Source: Auanema rhodensis
Taxonomy: Eukaryota > Animalia > Nematoda
Length of the DNA stretch: 64,000 nt
Reading direction: 5' to 3'
Assembly (NCBI GenBank): GCA_964057225.1
Contig: OZ059895.1
Coordinates: forward strand, 2,604,001-2,668,000
This document shows, piece after piece, positions 25,466 to 39,100 of this stretch. The position numbers and the translations under genes were made by a program. The notes beneath the pieces were generated by a model. The model was not told where the DNA came from and did no database searches. It saw nothing but the letters and a program-made list of their open reading frames with translations. Each line of letters starts with the position of its first letter. The first letter of the stretch is position 1.

Positions 25466-28400
25466 TTTCACCCTGAAGAATTAATTTTTTCGTTGAATAA
25501 CATTGTCCATCGTCTTCGCCTTGAAAAAAGGAATCTAAAAACATCTACTTTTTGCTAAATTATTTTGAAATTTTTCGAAAAAATTTTTGTCAAAATGTTT
25601 TTGGAAGCAATGTTGAGTGTACATGGAAACTCAACGTACACTTATGCATCATTTTTCGAACAATCATAACTAATTTTTGTATTAAGCGTTGCTCAATGTA
25701 GTATAGTGCATTCGATGCGGATTTTTAAGCTGGGTCGATCTGTGTTATCAGATTTGCGCTAGCTTAAAAATGCACCGAGATATCATTTGATATAAGTTCA
25801 CACTTATATCCTCGATTTTCACCCTGAAGAATTAATTTTTTCGTTGAATAACATTGTCCATCGTCTTCGCCTTGAAAAAAAGAATCTAAAAACATCTACT
25901 TTTTGCTAAATTATTTTGAAATTTTTCGAAAAAATTTTTGTCAAAATGTTTTTGGAAGCAATGTTAAGTGTACATGGAAACTCAACATACACTAATGCAT
26001 CATTTTTCAAACGATCATAACTAATTTTTGTATTAAGCGTTTCTCAATGTAGTATAGTGCATTCGATGCGGATTTTTAAGCTGCGTCGATTTGTGTTATC
26101 AGATTTGCGCTAGCTTAAAAATGCACCGAGATATCAACTGATATAAGTTCACACTTATATCCTCGATTTTCACCCTGAAGAATTAATTTTTTCGTTGAAT
26201 AACATTGTCCATCGTCTTTGCCTTGAAAAAAGGAATCTAAAAACAGCTACTTTTTGCTAAATTATTTTGAAATTTTTCGAAAAAATTTTTGTCAAAATGT
26301 TTTTGGAAGCAATGTTGAGTGTACATGGAAACTCAACATACACTAATGCATCATTTTTCAAACGATCATAACTAATTTTTGTATTAAGCGTTTCTCAATG
26401 TAGTATAGTGCATTCGATGCGGATTTTTAAGCTGCGTCGATTTGTCTTATCAGATTTGCGCTAGCTTAAAAATGCACCGAGATATCAACTGATATAAGTT
26501 CACACTTATATCCTCGATTTTCACCCTGAAGAATTAATTTTTTTGTTGAATAACATTGTCCATCGTCTTCGCCTTGAAAAAAGGAATCTAAAAACATCTA
26601 CTTTTTGCTAAATTATTTTGAAATTTTTCGAAACAATTTTTGTCAAAATGTTTTTGGAAGCAATGTTGAGTGTACATGGAAACTCAACATACACTAATGC
26701 ATCATTTTTCAAACGATCATAACTAATTTTTGTATCAAGCGTTACTCAATGTAGTATAGTGCATTCGATGCGGATTTTTAAGCTGCGTCGATTTGTGTTA
26801 TCAGATTTGCGCTAGCTTGAAAATGCACCGAGATATCAACTGATATAAGTTCACACTTATATCCTCGATTTTCACCCTGAAGAATTAATTTTTTCGTTGA
26901 ATAACATTCTCCATCGTCTTCGCCTTGAAAAAAGGAATCTAAAAACATCTACTTTTTGCTAAATTATTTTGAAATTTTTCGAAAAAATTTTTGTCAAAAT
27001 GTTTTTGGAAGCAATGTTGAGTGTACATGGAAACTCAACATACACTTATGCATCATTTTTCGAACAATCATAACTAATTTTTGTATTAAGCGTTGCTCAA
27101 TGTAGTATAGTGCATTCGATGCGGATTTTTAAGCTGGGTCGATCTGTGTTATCAGATTTGCGCTAGCTTAAAAATGCACCGAGATATCAACTGATATAAG
27201 TTCACACTTATATCCTCGATTTTCACCCTGAAGAATTAATTTTTTCGTTGAATAACATTGTCCATCGTCTTTGCCTTGAAAAAAGGAATCTAAAAACATC
27301 TACTTTTTGCTAAATTATTTTGAAATTTTTCGAAAAAATTTTTGTCAAAATGTTTTTGGAAGCAATGTTGAGTGTACATGGAAACTCAACATACACTAAT
27401 GCATCATTTTTCAAACGATCATAACTAATTTTTGTATTAAGCGTTTCTCAATGTAGTATAGTGCATTCGATGCGGATTTTTAAGCTGCGTCGATTTGTCT
27501 TATCAGATTTGCGCTAGCTTAAAAATGCACCGAGATATCAACTGATATAAGTTCACACTTATATCCTCGATTTTCACCCTGAAGAATTAATTTTTTTGTT
27601 GAATAACATTGTCCATCGTCTTCGCCTTGAAAAAAGGAATCTAAAAACATCTACTTTTTGCTAAATTATTTTGAAATTTTTCGAAACAATTTTTGTCAAA
27701 ATGTTTTTGGAAGCAATGTTGAGTGTACATGGAAACTCAACATACACTAATGCATCATTTTTCAAACGATCATAACTAATTTTTGTATCAAGCGTTACTC
27801 AATGTAGTATAGTGCATTCGATGCGGATTTTTAAGCTGCGTCGATTTGTGTTATCAGATTTGCGCTAGCTTGAAAATGCACCGAGATATCAACTGATATA
27901 AGTTCACACTTATATCCTCGATTTTCACCCTGAAGAATTAATTTTTTCGTTGAATAACATTCTCCATCGTCTTCGCCTTGAAAAAAGGAATCTAAAAACA
28001 TCTACTTTTTGCTAAATTATTTTGAAATTTTTCGAAAAAATTTTTGTCAAAATGTTTTTGGAAGCAATGTTGAGTGTACATGGAAACTCAACATACACTT
28101 ATGCATCATTTTTCGAACAATCATAACTAATTTTTGTATTAAGCGTTTCTCAATGTAGTATAGTGCATTCGATGCGGATTTTTAAGCTGGGTCGATCTGT
28201 GTTATCAGATTTGCGCTAGCTTAAAAATGCACCGAGATATCAACTGATATAAGTTCACACTTATATCCTCGATTTTCACCCTGAAGAATTAATTTTTTCG
28301 TTGAATAACATTGTCCATCGTCTTTGCCTTGAAAAATGGAATCTAAAAACATCTACTTTTTGCTAAATTATTTTGAAATTTTTCGAAAAAATTTTTGTCA

Positions 28401-29677
28401 AAATGTTTTTGGAAGCAATGTTGAGTGTACATGGAAACTCAACGTACACTTATGCATCATTTTTCGAACAATCATAACTAATTTTTGTATTAAGCGTTGC
28501 TCAATGTAGTATAGTGCATTCGATGCGGATTTTTAAGCTGGGTCGATCTGTGTTATCAGATTTGCGCTAGCTTAAAAATGCACCGAGATATCAACTGATA
28601 TAAGTTCACACTTATATCCTCGATTTTCACCCTGAAGAATTAATTTTTTCGTTGAATAACATTGTCCATCGTCTTCGCCTTGAAAAAAAGAATCTAAAAA
28701 CATCTACTTTTTGCTAAATTATTTTGAAATTTTTCGAAAAAATTTTTGTCAAAATGTTTTTGGAAGCAATGTTAAGTGTACATGGAAACTCAACATACAC
28801 TAATGCATCATTTTTCAAACGATCATAACTAATTTTTGTATTAAGCGTTTCTCAATGTAGTATAGTGCATTCGATGCGGATTTTTAAGCTGCGTCGATTT
28901 GTGTTATCAGATTTGCGCTAGCTTAAAAATGCACCGAGATATCAACTGATATAAGTTCACACTTATATCCTCGATTTTCACCCTGAAGAATTAATTTTTT
29001 CGTTGAATAACATTGTCCATCGTCTTTGCCTTGAAAAAAGGAATCTAAAAACATCTACTTTTTGCTAAATTATTTTGAAATTTTTCGAAAAAATTTTTGT
29101 CAAAATGTTTTTGGAAGCAATGTTGAGTGTACATGGAAACTCAACATACACTAATGCATCATTTTTCAAACGATCATAACTAATTTTTGTATTAAGCGTT
29201 TCACAATGTAGTATAGTGCATTCGATGCGGATTTTTACGCTGGGTCGATCTGTGTTATCAGATTTGCGCTAGCTTAAAAATGCACCGAGATATCAACTGA
29301 TATAAGTTCACACTTATATCCTCGATTTTCACCCTGAAGAATTAATTTTTTCGTTGAATAACATTGTCCATCGTCTTTGCCTTGAAAAAAGGAATCTAAA
29401 AACATCTACTTTTTGCTAAATTATTTTGAAATTTTTCGAAAAAATTTTTGTCAAAATGTTTTTGGAAGCAATGTTGAGTGTACATGGAAACTCAACATAC
29501 ACTTATGCATCATTTTTCAAACAATCATAACTAATTTTTGTATTAAGCGTTTCTCAATGTAGTATAGTGCATTCGATGCGGATTTTTAAGCTGCGTCGAT
29601 CTGTGTTATCAAATTTGCGCTAGCTTAAAAATGCACCGAGATATCAACTGATATAAGTTCACACTTATATCCTCGAT

Positions 29678-29933
29678 TTTCACCCTGAAGAATTAATTTT
29701 TTCGTTGAATAACATTGTCCATCGTCTTCGCCTTGAAAAAAGGAATCTAAACATACACTAATGCATCATTTTTCAAACGATCATAACTAATTTTTGTATT
29801 GAGCGTTTCTCAATGTAGTATAGTGCATTCGATGCGGATTTTTAAGCTGCGTCGATTTGTGTTATCAGATTTGCGCTAGCTTAAAAATGCACCGAGATAT
29901 CAACTGATATAAGTTCACACTTATATCCTCGAT
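29678..29933. other. 256-bp monomer with 95-bp internal deletion (copy 1)
   Basis: Reads GGAATCTAAACATACACTAATG, so offsets of about 73-167 are missing. Confidence 0.95.
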
Positions 29934-32900
29934 TTTCACCCTGAAGAATTAATTTTTTTGTTGAATAACATTGTCCATCGTCTTCGCCCTGAAAAAAGGA
30001 ATCTAAAAACATCTACTTTTTGCTAAATTATTTTGAAATTTTTCGAAAAAATTTTTGTCAAAATGTTTTTGGAAGCAATGTTGAGTGTACATGGAAACTC
30101 AACATACACTAATGCATCATTTTTCAAACGATCATAACTAATTTTTGTATTAAGCGTTTCTCAATGTAGTATAGTGCATTCGATGCGGATTTTTAAGCTG
30201 CGTCGATTTGTGTTATCAGATTTGCGCTAGCTTAAAAATGCACCGAGATATCAACTGATATAAGTTCACACTTATATCCTCGATTTTCACCCTGAAGAAT
30301 TAATTTTTTCGTTGAATAACATTGTCCATCGTCTTCGCCTTGAAAAAAAGAATCTAAAAACATCTACTTTTTGCTAAATTATTTTGAAATTTTTCGAAAA
30401 AATTTTTGTCAAAATGTTTTTGGAAGCAATGTTGAGTGTACATGGAAACTCAACATACACTAATGCATCATTTTTCAAACGATCATAACTAATTTTTGTA
30501 TTAAGCGTTTCTCAATGTTGTATAGTGCATTCGATGCGGATTTTTAAGCTGCGTCGATTTGTGTTATCAGATTTGCGCTAGCTTGAAAATGCACCGAGAT
30601 ATCAACTGATATAACTTCACACTTATATCCTCGATTTTCACCATGAAGAATTAATTTTTTCGTTGAATAACATTGTCCATCGTCTTTGCCTTGAAAAATG
30701 GAATCTAAAAACATCTACTTTTTGCTAAATTATTTTGAAATTTTTCGAAAAAATTTTTGTCAAAATGTTTTTGGAAGCAATGTTGAGTGTACATGGAAAC
30801 TCAACATACACTTATGCATCATTTTTCGAACAATCATAACTAATTCTTGTATTAAGCGTTTCTCAATGTAGTATAGTGCATTCGATGCGGATTTTTAAGC
30901 TGGGTCGATCTGTGTTATCAGATTTGCGCTAGCTTAAAAATGCACCGAGATATCAACTGATATAAGTTCACACTTATATCCTCGATTTTCACCCTGAAGA
31001 ATTAATTTTTTCGTTGAATAACATTGTCCATCGTCTTCGCCTTGAAAAAAAGAATCTAAAAACATCTACTTTTTGCTAAATTATTTTGAAATTTTTCGAA
31101 AAAATTTTTGTCAAAATGTTTTTGGAAGCAATGTTGAGTGTACATGGAAACTCAACATACACTAATGCATCATTTTTCAAACGATCATAACTAATTTTTG
31201 TATTAAGCGTTTCTCAATGTAGTATAGTGCATTCGATGCGGATTTTTAAGCTGCGTCGATTTGTGTTATCAGATTTGCGCTAGCTTAAAAATGCACCGAG
31301 ATATCAACTGATATAAGTTCACACTTATATCCTCGATTTTCACCCTGAAGAATTAATTTTTTCGTTGAATAACATTGTCCATCGTCTTTGCCTTGAAAAA
31401 AGGAATCTAAAAACATCTACTTTTTGCTAAATTATTTTGAAATTTTTCGAAAAAATTTTTGTCAAAATGTTTTTGGAAGCAATGTTGAGTGTACATGGAA
31501 ACTCAACATACACTAATGCATCATTTTTCAAACGATCATAACTAATTTTTGTATTAAGCGTTTCTCAATGTAGTATAGTGCATTCGATGCGGATTTTTAA
31601 GCTGCGTCGATTTGTGTTATCAGATTTGCGCTAGCTTAAAAATGCACCGAGATATCAACTGATATAAGTTCACACTTATATCCTCGATTTTCACCCTGAA
31701 GAATTAATTTTTTCGTTGAATAACATTGTCCATCGTCTTCGCCTTGAAAAAAGAAATCTAAAAACATCTACTTTTTGCTAAATTATTTTGAAATTTTTCG
31801 AAAAAATTTTTTTTAAATGTTTTTGGAAGCAATGTTGAGTGTACATGGAAACTCAACATACACTAATGCATCATTTTTCAAACGATCATAACTAATTTTT
31901 GTATTAAGCGTTTCTCAATGTAGTATAGTGCATTCGATGCGGATTTTTAAGCTGCGTCGATTTGTGTTATCAGATTTGCGCTAGCTTGAAAATGCACCGA
32001 GATATCAACTGATATAAGTTCACACTTATATCCTCGATTTTCACCCTGAAGAATTAATTTTTTCGTTGAATAACATTGTCCATCGTCTTTGCCTTGAAAA
32101 AAGGAATCTAAAAACATTTACTTTTTGCTAAATTATTTTGAAATTTTTCGAAAAAATTTTTGTCAAAATGTTTTTGGAAGCAATGTTGAGTGTACATGGA
32201 AACTCAACATACACTTATGCATCATTTTTCGAACAATCATAACTAATTTTTGTATTAAGCGTTTCTCAATGTAGTATAGTGCATTCGATGCGGATTTTTA
32301 AGCTGGGTCGATCTGTGTTATCAGATTTGCGCTAGCTTAAAAATGCACCGAGATATCAACTGATATAAGTTCACACTTATATCCTCGATTTTCACCCTGA
32401 AGAATTAATTTTTTCGTTGAATAACATTGTCCATCGTCTTCGCCTTGAAAAAAAGAATCTAAAAACATCTACTTTTTGCTAAATTATTTTGAAATTTTTC
32501 GAAAAAATTTTTGTCAAAATGTTTTTGGAAGCAATGTTGAGTGTACATGGAAACTCAACATACACTAATGCATCATTTTTCAAACGATCATAACTAATTT
32601 TTGTATTAAGCGTTTCTCAATGTAGTATAGTGCATTCGATGCGGATTTTTAAGCTGCGTCGATTTGTGTTATCAGATTTGCGCTAGCTTAAAAATGCACC
32701 GAGATATCAACTGATATAAGTTCACACTTATATCCTCGATTTTCACCCTGAAGAATTACTTTTTTCGTTGAATAACATTGTCCATCGTCTTTGCCTTGAA
32801 AAAAGGAATCTAAAAACATCTACTTTTTGCTAAATTATTTTGAAATTTTTCGAAAAAATTTTTGTCAAAATGTTTTTGGAAGCAATGTTGAGTGTACATG

Positions 32901-35899
32901 GAAACTCAACATACACTTATGCATCATTTTTCAAACAATCATAACTAATTTTTGCATTAAGCGTTTCTCAATGTAGTATAGTGCATTCGATGCGGATTTT
33001 TAAGCTGGGTCGATCTGTGTTATCAGATTTGCGCTAGCTTAAAAATGCACCGAGATATCAACTGATATAAGTTCACACTTATATCCTCGATTTTCACCCT
33101 GAAGAATTAATTTTTTCGTTGAATAACATTGTCCATCGTCTTCGCCTTGAAAAAAGGAATCTAAAAACATCTACTTTTTGCTAAATTATTTAGAAATTTT
33201 TCGAAAAAATTTTTGTCAAAATGTTTTTGGAAGCAATGTTGAGTGTACATGGAAACTCAACATACACTAATGCATCATTTTTCAAACGATCATAACTAAT
33301 TTTTGTATTGAGTGTTTCTCAATGTAGTATAGTGCATTCGATGCGGATTTTTAAGCTGGGTCGATCTGTGTTATCAGATTTGCGCTAGCTTAAAAATGCA
33401 CCGAGATATCAACTGTTATAAGTTCACACTTATATCCTCGATTTTCACCCTGAAGAATTAATTTTTTCGTTGAATAACATTGTCCATCGTTTTCGCCTTG
33501 AAAAAAAGAATCTAAAAACATCTACTTTTTGCTAAATTATTTTGAAATTTTTCGAAAAAATTTTTGTCAAAATGTTTTTGGAAGCAATGTTGAGTGTACA
33601 TGGAAACTCAACATACACTTATGCATCATTTTTCGAACAATCATAACTAATTTTTGTATTAAGCGTTTCTCAATGTAGTATAGTGCATTCGATGCGGATT
33701 TTTAAGCTGGGTCGATCTGTGTTATCAGATTTGCGCTAGCTTAAAAATGCACCGAGATATCAACTGATATAAGTTCACACTTATATCCTCGATTTTCACC
33801 CTGAAGAATTAATTTTTTCGTTGAATAACATTGTCCAACGTCTTCGCCTTGAAAAAAGGAATCTAAAAACATCTACTTTTTGCTAAATTATTTTGAAATT
33901 TTTCGAAAACATTTTTGTCAAAATGTTTTTGGAAGCAATGTTGAGTGTACATGGAAACTCAACATACACTAATGCATCATTTTTCAAACGATCATAACTA
34001 ATTTTTGTATCAAGCGTTACTCAATGTAGTATAGTGCATTCGATGCGGATTTTTAAGCTGCGTCGATTTGTGTTATCAGATTTGCGCTAGCTTGAAAATG
34101 CACCGAGATATCAACTGATATAAGTTCACACTTATATCCTCGATTTTCACCCTGAAGAATTAATTTTTTCGTTGAATAACATTCTCCATCGTCTTCGCCT
34201 TGAAAAAAGGAATCTAAAAACATCTACTTTTTGCTAAATTATTTTGAAATTTTTCGAAAAAATTTTTGTCAAAATGTTTTTGGAAGCAATGTTGAGTGTA
34301 CATGGAAACTCAACATACACTTATGCATCATTTTTCGAACAATCATAACTAATTTTTGTATTAAGCGTTTCTCAATGTAGTATAGTGCATTCGATGCGGA
34401 TTTTTAAGCTGGGTCGATCTGTGTTATCAGATTTGCGCTAGCTTAAAAATGCACCGAGATATCAACTGATATAAGTTCACACTTATATCCTCGATTTTCA
34501 CCCTGAAGAATTAATTTTTTCGTTGAATAACATTGTCCATCGTCTTTGCCTTGAAAAATGGAATCTAAAAACATCTACTTTTTGCTAAATTATTTTGAAA
34601 TTTTTCGAAAAAATTTTTGTCAAAATGTTTTTGGAAGCAATGTTGAGTGTACATGGAAACTCAACGTACACTTATGCATCATTTTTCGAACAATCATAAC
34701 TAATTTTTGTATTAAGCGTTGCTCAATGTAGTATAGTGCATTCGATGCGGATTTTTAAGCTGGGTCGATCTGTGTTATCAGATTTGCGCTAGCTTAAAAA
34801 TGCACCGAGATATCAACTGATATAAGTTCACACTTATATCCTCGATTTTCACCCTGAAGAATTAATTTTTTCGTTGAATAACATTGTCCATCGTCTTCGC
34901 CTTGAAAAAAAGAATCTAAAAACATCTACTTTTTGCTAAATTATTTTGAAATTTTTCGAAAAAATTTTTGTCAAAATGTTTTTGGAAGCAATGTTAAGTG
35001 TACATGGAAACTCAACATACACTAATGCATCATTTTTCAAACGATCATAACTAATTTTTGTATTAAGCGTTTCTCAATGTAGTATAGTGCATTCGATGCG
35101 GATTTTTAAGCTGCGTCGATTTGTGTTATCAGATTTGCGCTAGCTTAAAAATGCACCGAGATATCAACTGATATAAGTTCACACTTATATCCTCGATTTT
35201 CACCCTGAAGAATTAATTTTTTCGTTGAATAACATTGTCCATCGTCTTTGCCTTGAAAAAAGGAATCTAAAAACATCTACTTTTTGCTAAATTATTTTGA
35301 AATTTTTCGAAAAAATTTTTGTCAAAATGTTTTTGGAAGCAATGTTGAGTGTACATGGAAACTCAACATACACTAATGCATCATTTTTCAAACGATCATA
35401 ACTAATTTTTGTATTAAGCGTTTCACAATGTAGTATAGTGCATTCGATGCGGATTTTTACGCTGGGTCGATCTGTGTTATCAGATTTGCGCTAGCTTAAA
35501 AATGCACCGAGATATCAACTGATATAAGTTCACACTTATATCCTCGATTTTCACCCTGAAGAATTAATTTTTTCGTTGAATAACATTGTCCATCGTCTTT
35601 GCCTTGAAAAAAGGAATCTAAAAACATCTACTTTTTGCTAAATTATTTTGAAATTTTTCGAAAAAATTTTTGTCAAAATGTTTTTGGAAGCAATGTTGAG
35701 TGTACATGGAAACTCAACATACACTTATGCATCATTTTTCAAACAATCATAACTAATTTTTGTATTAAGCGTTTCTCAATGTAGTATAGTGCATTCGATG
35801 CGGATTTTTAAGCTGCGTCGATCTGTGTTATCAAATTTGCGCTAGCTTAAAAATGCACCGAGATATCAACTGATATAAGTTCACACTTATATCCTCGAT

Positions 35900-36155
35900 T
35901 TTCACCCTGAAGAATTAATTTTTTCGTTGAATAACATTGTCCATCGTCTTCGCCTTGAAAAAAGGAATCTAAACATACACTAATGCATCATTTTTCAAAC
36001 GATCATAACTAATTTTTGTATTGAGCGTTTCTCAATGTAGTATAGTGCATTCGATGCGGATTTTTAAGCTGCGTCGATTTGTGTTATCAGATTTGCGCTA
36101 GCTTAAAAATGCACCGAGATATCAACTGATATAAGTTCACACTTATATCCTCGAT
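35900..36155. other. 256-bp monomer with 95-bp internal deletion (copy 2)
   Basis: Same junction GGAATCTAAACATACAC and same ATTGAGCG variant as copy 1. Confidence 0.95.
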
Positions 36156-39100
36156 TTTCACCCTGAAGAATTAATTTTTTTGTTGAATAACATTGTCCAT
36201 CGTCTTCGCCCTGAAAAAAGGAATCTAAAAACATCTACTTTTTGCTAAATTATTTTGAAATTTTTCGAAAAAATTTTTGTCAAAATGTTTTTGGAAGCAA
36301 TGTTGAGTGTACATGGAAACTCAACATACACTAATGCATCATTTTTCAAACGATCATAACTAATTTTTGTATTAAGCGTTTCTCAATGTAGTATAGTGCA
36401 TTCGATGCGGATTTTTAAGCTGCGTCGATTTGTGTTATCAGATTTGCGCTAGCTTAAAAATGCACCGAGATATCAACTGATATAAGTTCACACTTATATC
36501 CTCGATTTTCACCCTGAAGAATTAATTTTTTCGTTGAATAACATTGTCCATCGTCTTCGCCTTGAAAAAAAGAATCTAAAAACATCTACTTTTTGCTAAA
36601 TTATTTTGAAATTTTTCGAAAAAATTTTTGTCAAAATGTTTTTGGAAGCAATGTTGAGTGTACATGGAAACTCAACATACACTAATGCATCATTTTTCAA
36701 ACGATCATAACTAATTTTTGTATTAAGCGTTTCTCAATGTTGTATAGTGCATTCGATGCGGATTTTTAAGCTGCGTCGATTTGTGTTATCAGATTTGCGC
36801 TAGCTTGAAAATGCACCGAGATATCAACTGATATAACTTCACACTTATATCCTCGATTTTCACCATGAAGAATTAATTTTTTCGTTGAATAACATTGTCC
36901 ATCGTCTTTGCCTTGAAAAATGGAATCTAAAAACATCTACTTTTTGCTAAATTATTTTGAAATTTTTCGAAAAAATTTTTGTCAAAATGTTTTTGGAAGC
37001 AATGTTGAGTGTACATGGAAACTCAACATACACTTATGCATCATTTTTCGAACAATCATAACTAATTCTTGTATTAAGCGTTTCTCAATGTAGTATAGTG
37101 CATTCGATGCGGATTTTTAAGCTGGGTCGATCTGTGTTATCAGATTTGCGCTAGCTTAAAAATGCACCGAGATATCAACTGATATAAGTTCACACTTATA
37201 TCCTCGATTTTCACCCTGAAGAATTAATTTTTTCGTTGAATAACATTGTCCATCGTCTTCGCCTTGAAAAAAAGAATCTAAAAACATCTACTTTTTGCTA
37301 AATTATTTTGAAATTTTTCGAAAAAATTTTTGTCAAAATGTTTTTGGAAGCAATGTTGAGTGTACATGGAAACTCAACATACACTAATGCATCATTTTTC
37401 AAACGATCATAACTAATTTTTGTATTAAGCGTTTCTCAATGTAGTATAGTGCATTCGATGCGGATTTTTAAGCTGCGTCGATTTGTGTTATCAGATTTGC
37501 GCTAGCTTAAAAATGCACCGAGATATCAACTGATATAAGTTCACACTTATATCCTCGATTTTCACCCTGAAGAATTAATTTTTTCGTTGAATAACATTGT
37601 CCATCGTCTTTGCCTTGAAAAAAGGAATCTAAAAACATCTACTTTTTGCTAAATTATTTTGAAATTTTTCGAAAAAATTTTTGTCAAAATGTTTTTGGAA
37701 GCAATGTTGAGTGTACATGGAAACTCAACATACACTAATGCATCATTTTTCAAACGATCATAACTAATTTTTGTATTAAGCGTTTCTCAATGTAGTATAG
37801 TGCATTCGATGCGGATTTTTAAGCTGCGTCGATTTGTGTTATCAGATTTGCGCTAGCTTAAAAATGCACCGAGATATCAACTGATATAAGTTCACACTTA
37901 TATCCTCGATTTTCACCCTGAAGAATTAATTTTTTCGTTGAATAACATTGTCCATCGTCTTCGCCTTGAAAAAAGAAATCTAAAAACATCTACTTTTTGC
38001 TAAATTATTTTGAAATTTTTCGAAAAAATTTTTTTTAAATGTTTTTGGAAGCAATGTTGAGTGTACATGGAAACTCAACATACACTAATGCATCATTTTT
38101 CAAACGATCATAACTAATTTTTGTATTAAGCGTTTCTCAATGTAGTATAGTGCATTCGATGCGGATTTTTAAGCTGCGTCGATTTGTGTTATCAGATTTG
38201 CGCTAGCTTGAAAATGCACCGAGATATCAACTGATATAAGTTCACACTTATATCCTCGATTTTCACCCTGAAGAATTAATTTTTTCGTTGAATAACATTG
38301 TCCATCGTCTTTGCCTTGAAAAAAGGAATCTAAAAACATTTACTTTTTGCTAAATTATTTTGAAATTTTTCGAAAAAATTTTTGTCAAAATGTTTTTGGA
38401 AGCAATGTTGAGTGTACATGGAAACTCAACATACACTTATGCATCATTTTTCGAACAATCATAACTAATTTTTGTATTAAGCGTTTCTCAATGTAGTATA
38501 GTGCATTCGATGCGGATTTTTAAGCTGGGTCGATCTGTGTTATCAGATTTGCGCTAGCTTAAAAATGCACCGAGATATCAACTGATATAAGTTCACACTT
38601 ATATCCTCGATTTTCACCCTGAAGAATTAATTTTTTCGTTGAATAACATTGTCCATCGTCTTCGCCTTGAAAAAAAGAATCTAAAAACATCTACTTTTTG
38701 CTAAATTATTTTGAAATTTTTCGAAAAAATTTTTGTCAAAATGTTTTTGGAAGCAATGTTGAGTGTACATGGAAACTCAACATACACTAATGCATCATTT
38801 TTCAAACGATCATAACTAATTTTTGTATTAAGCGTTTCTCAATGTAGTATAGTGCATTCGATGCGGATTTTTAAGCTGCGTCGATTTGTGTTATCAGATT
38901 TGCGCTAGCTTAAAAATGCACCGAGATATCAACTGATATAAGTTCACACTTATATCCTCGATTTTCACCCTGAAGAATTACTTTTTTCGTTGAATAACAT
39001 TGTCCATCGTCTTTGCCTTGAAAAAAGGAATCTAAAAACATCTACTTTTTGCTAAATTATTTTGAAATTTTTCGAAAAAATTTTTGTCAAAATGTTTTTG

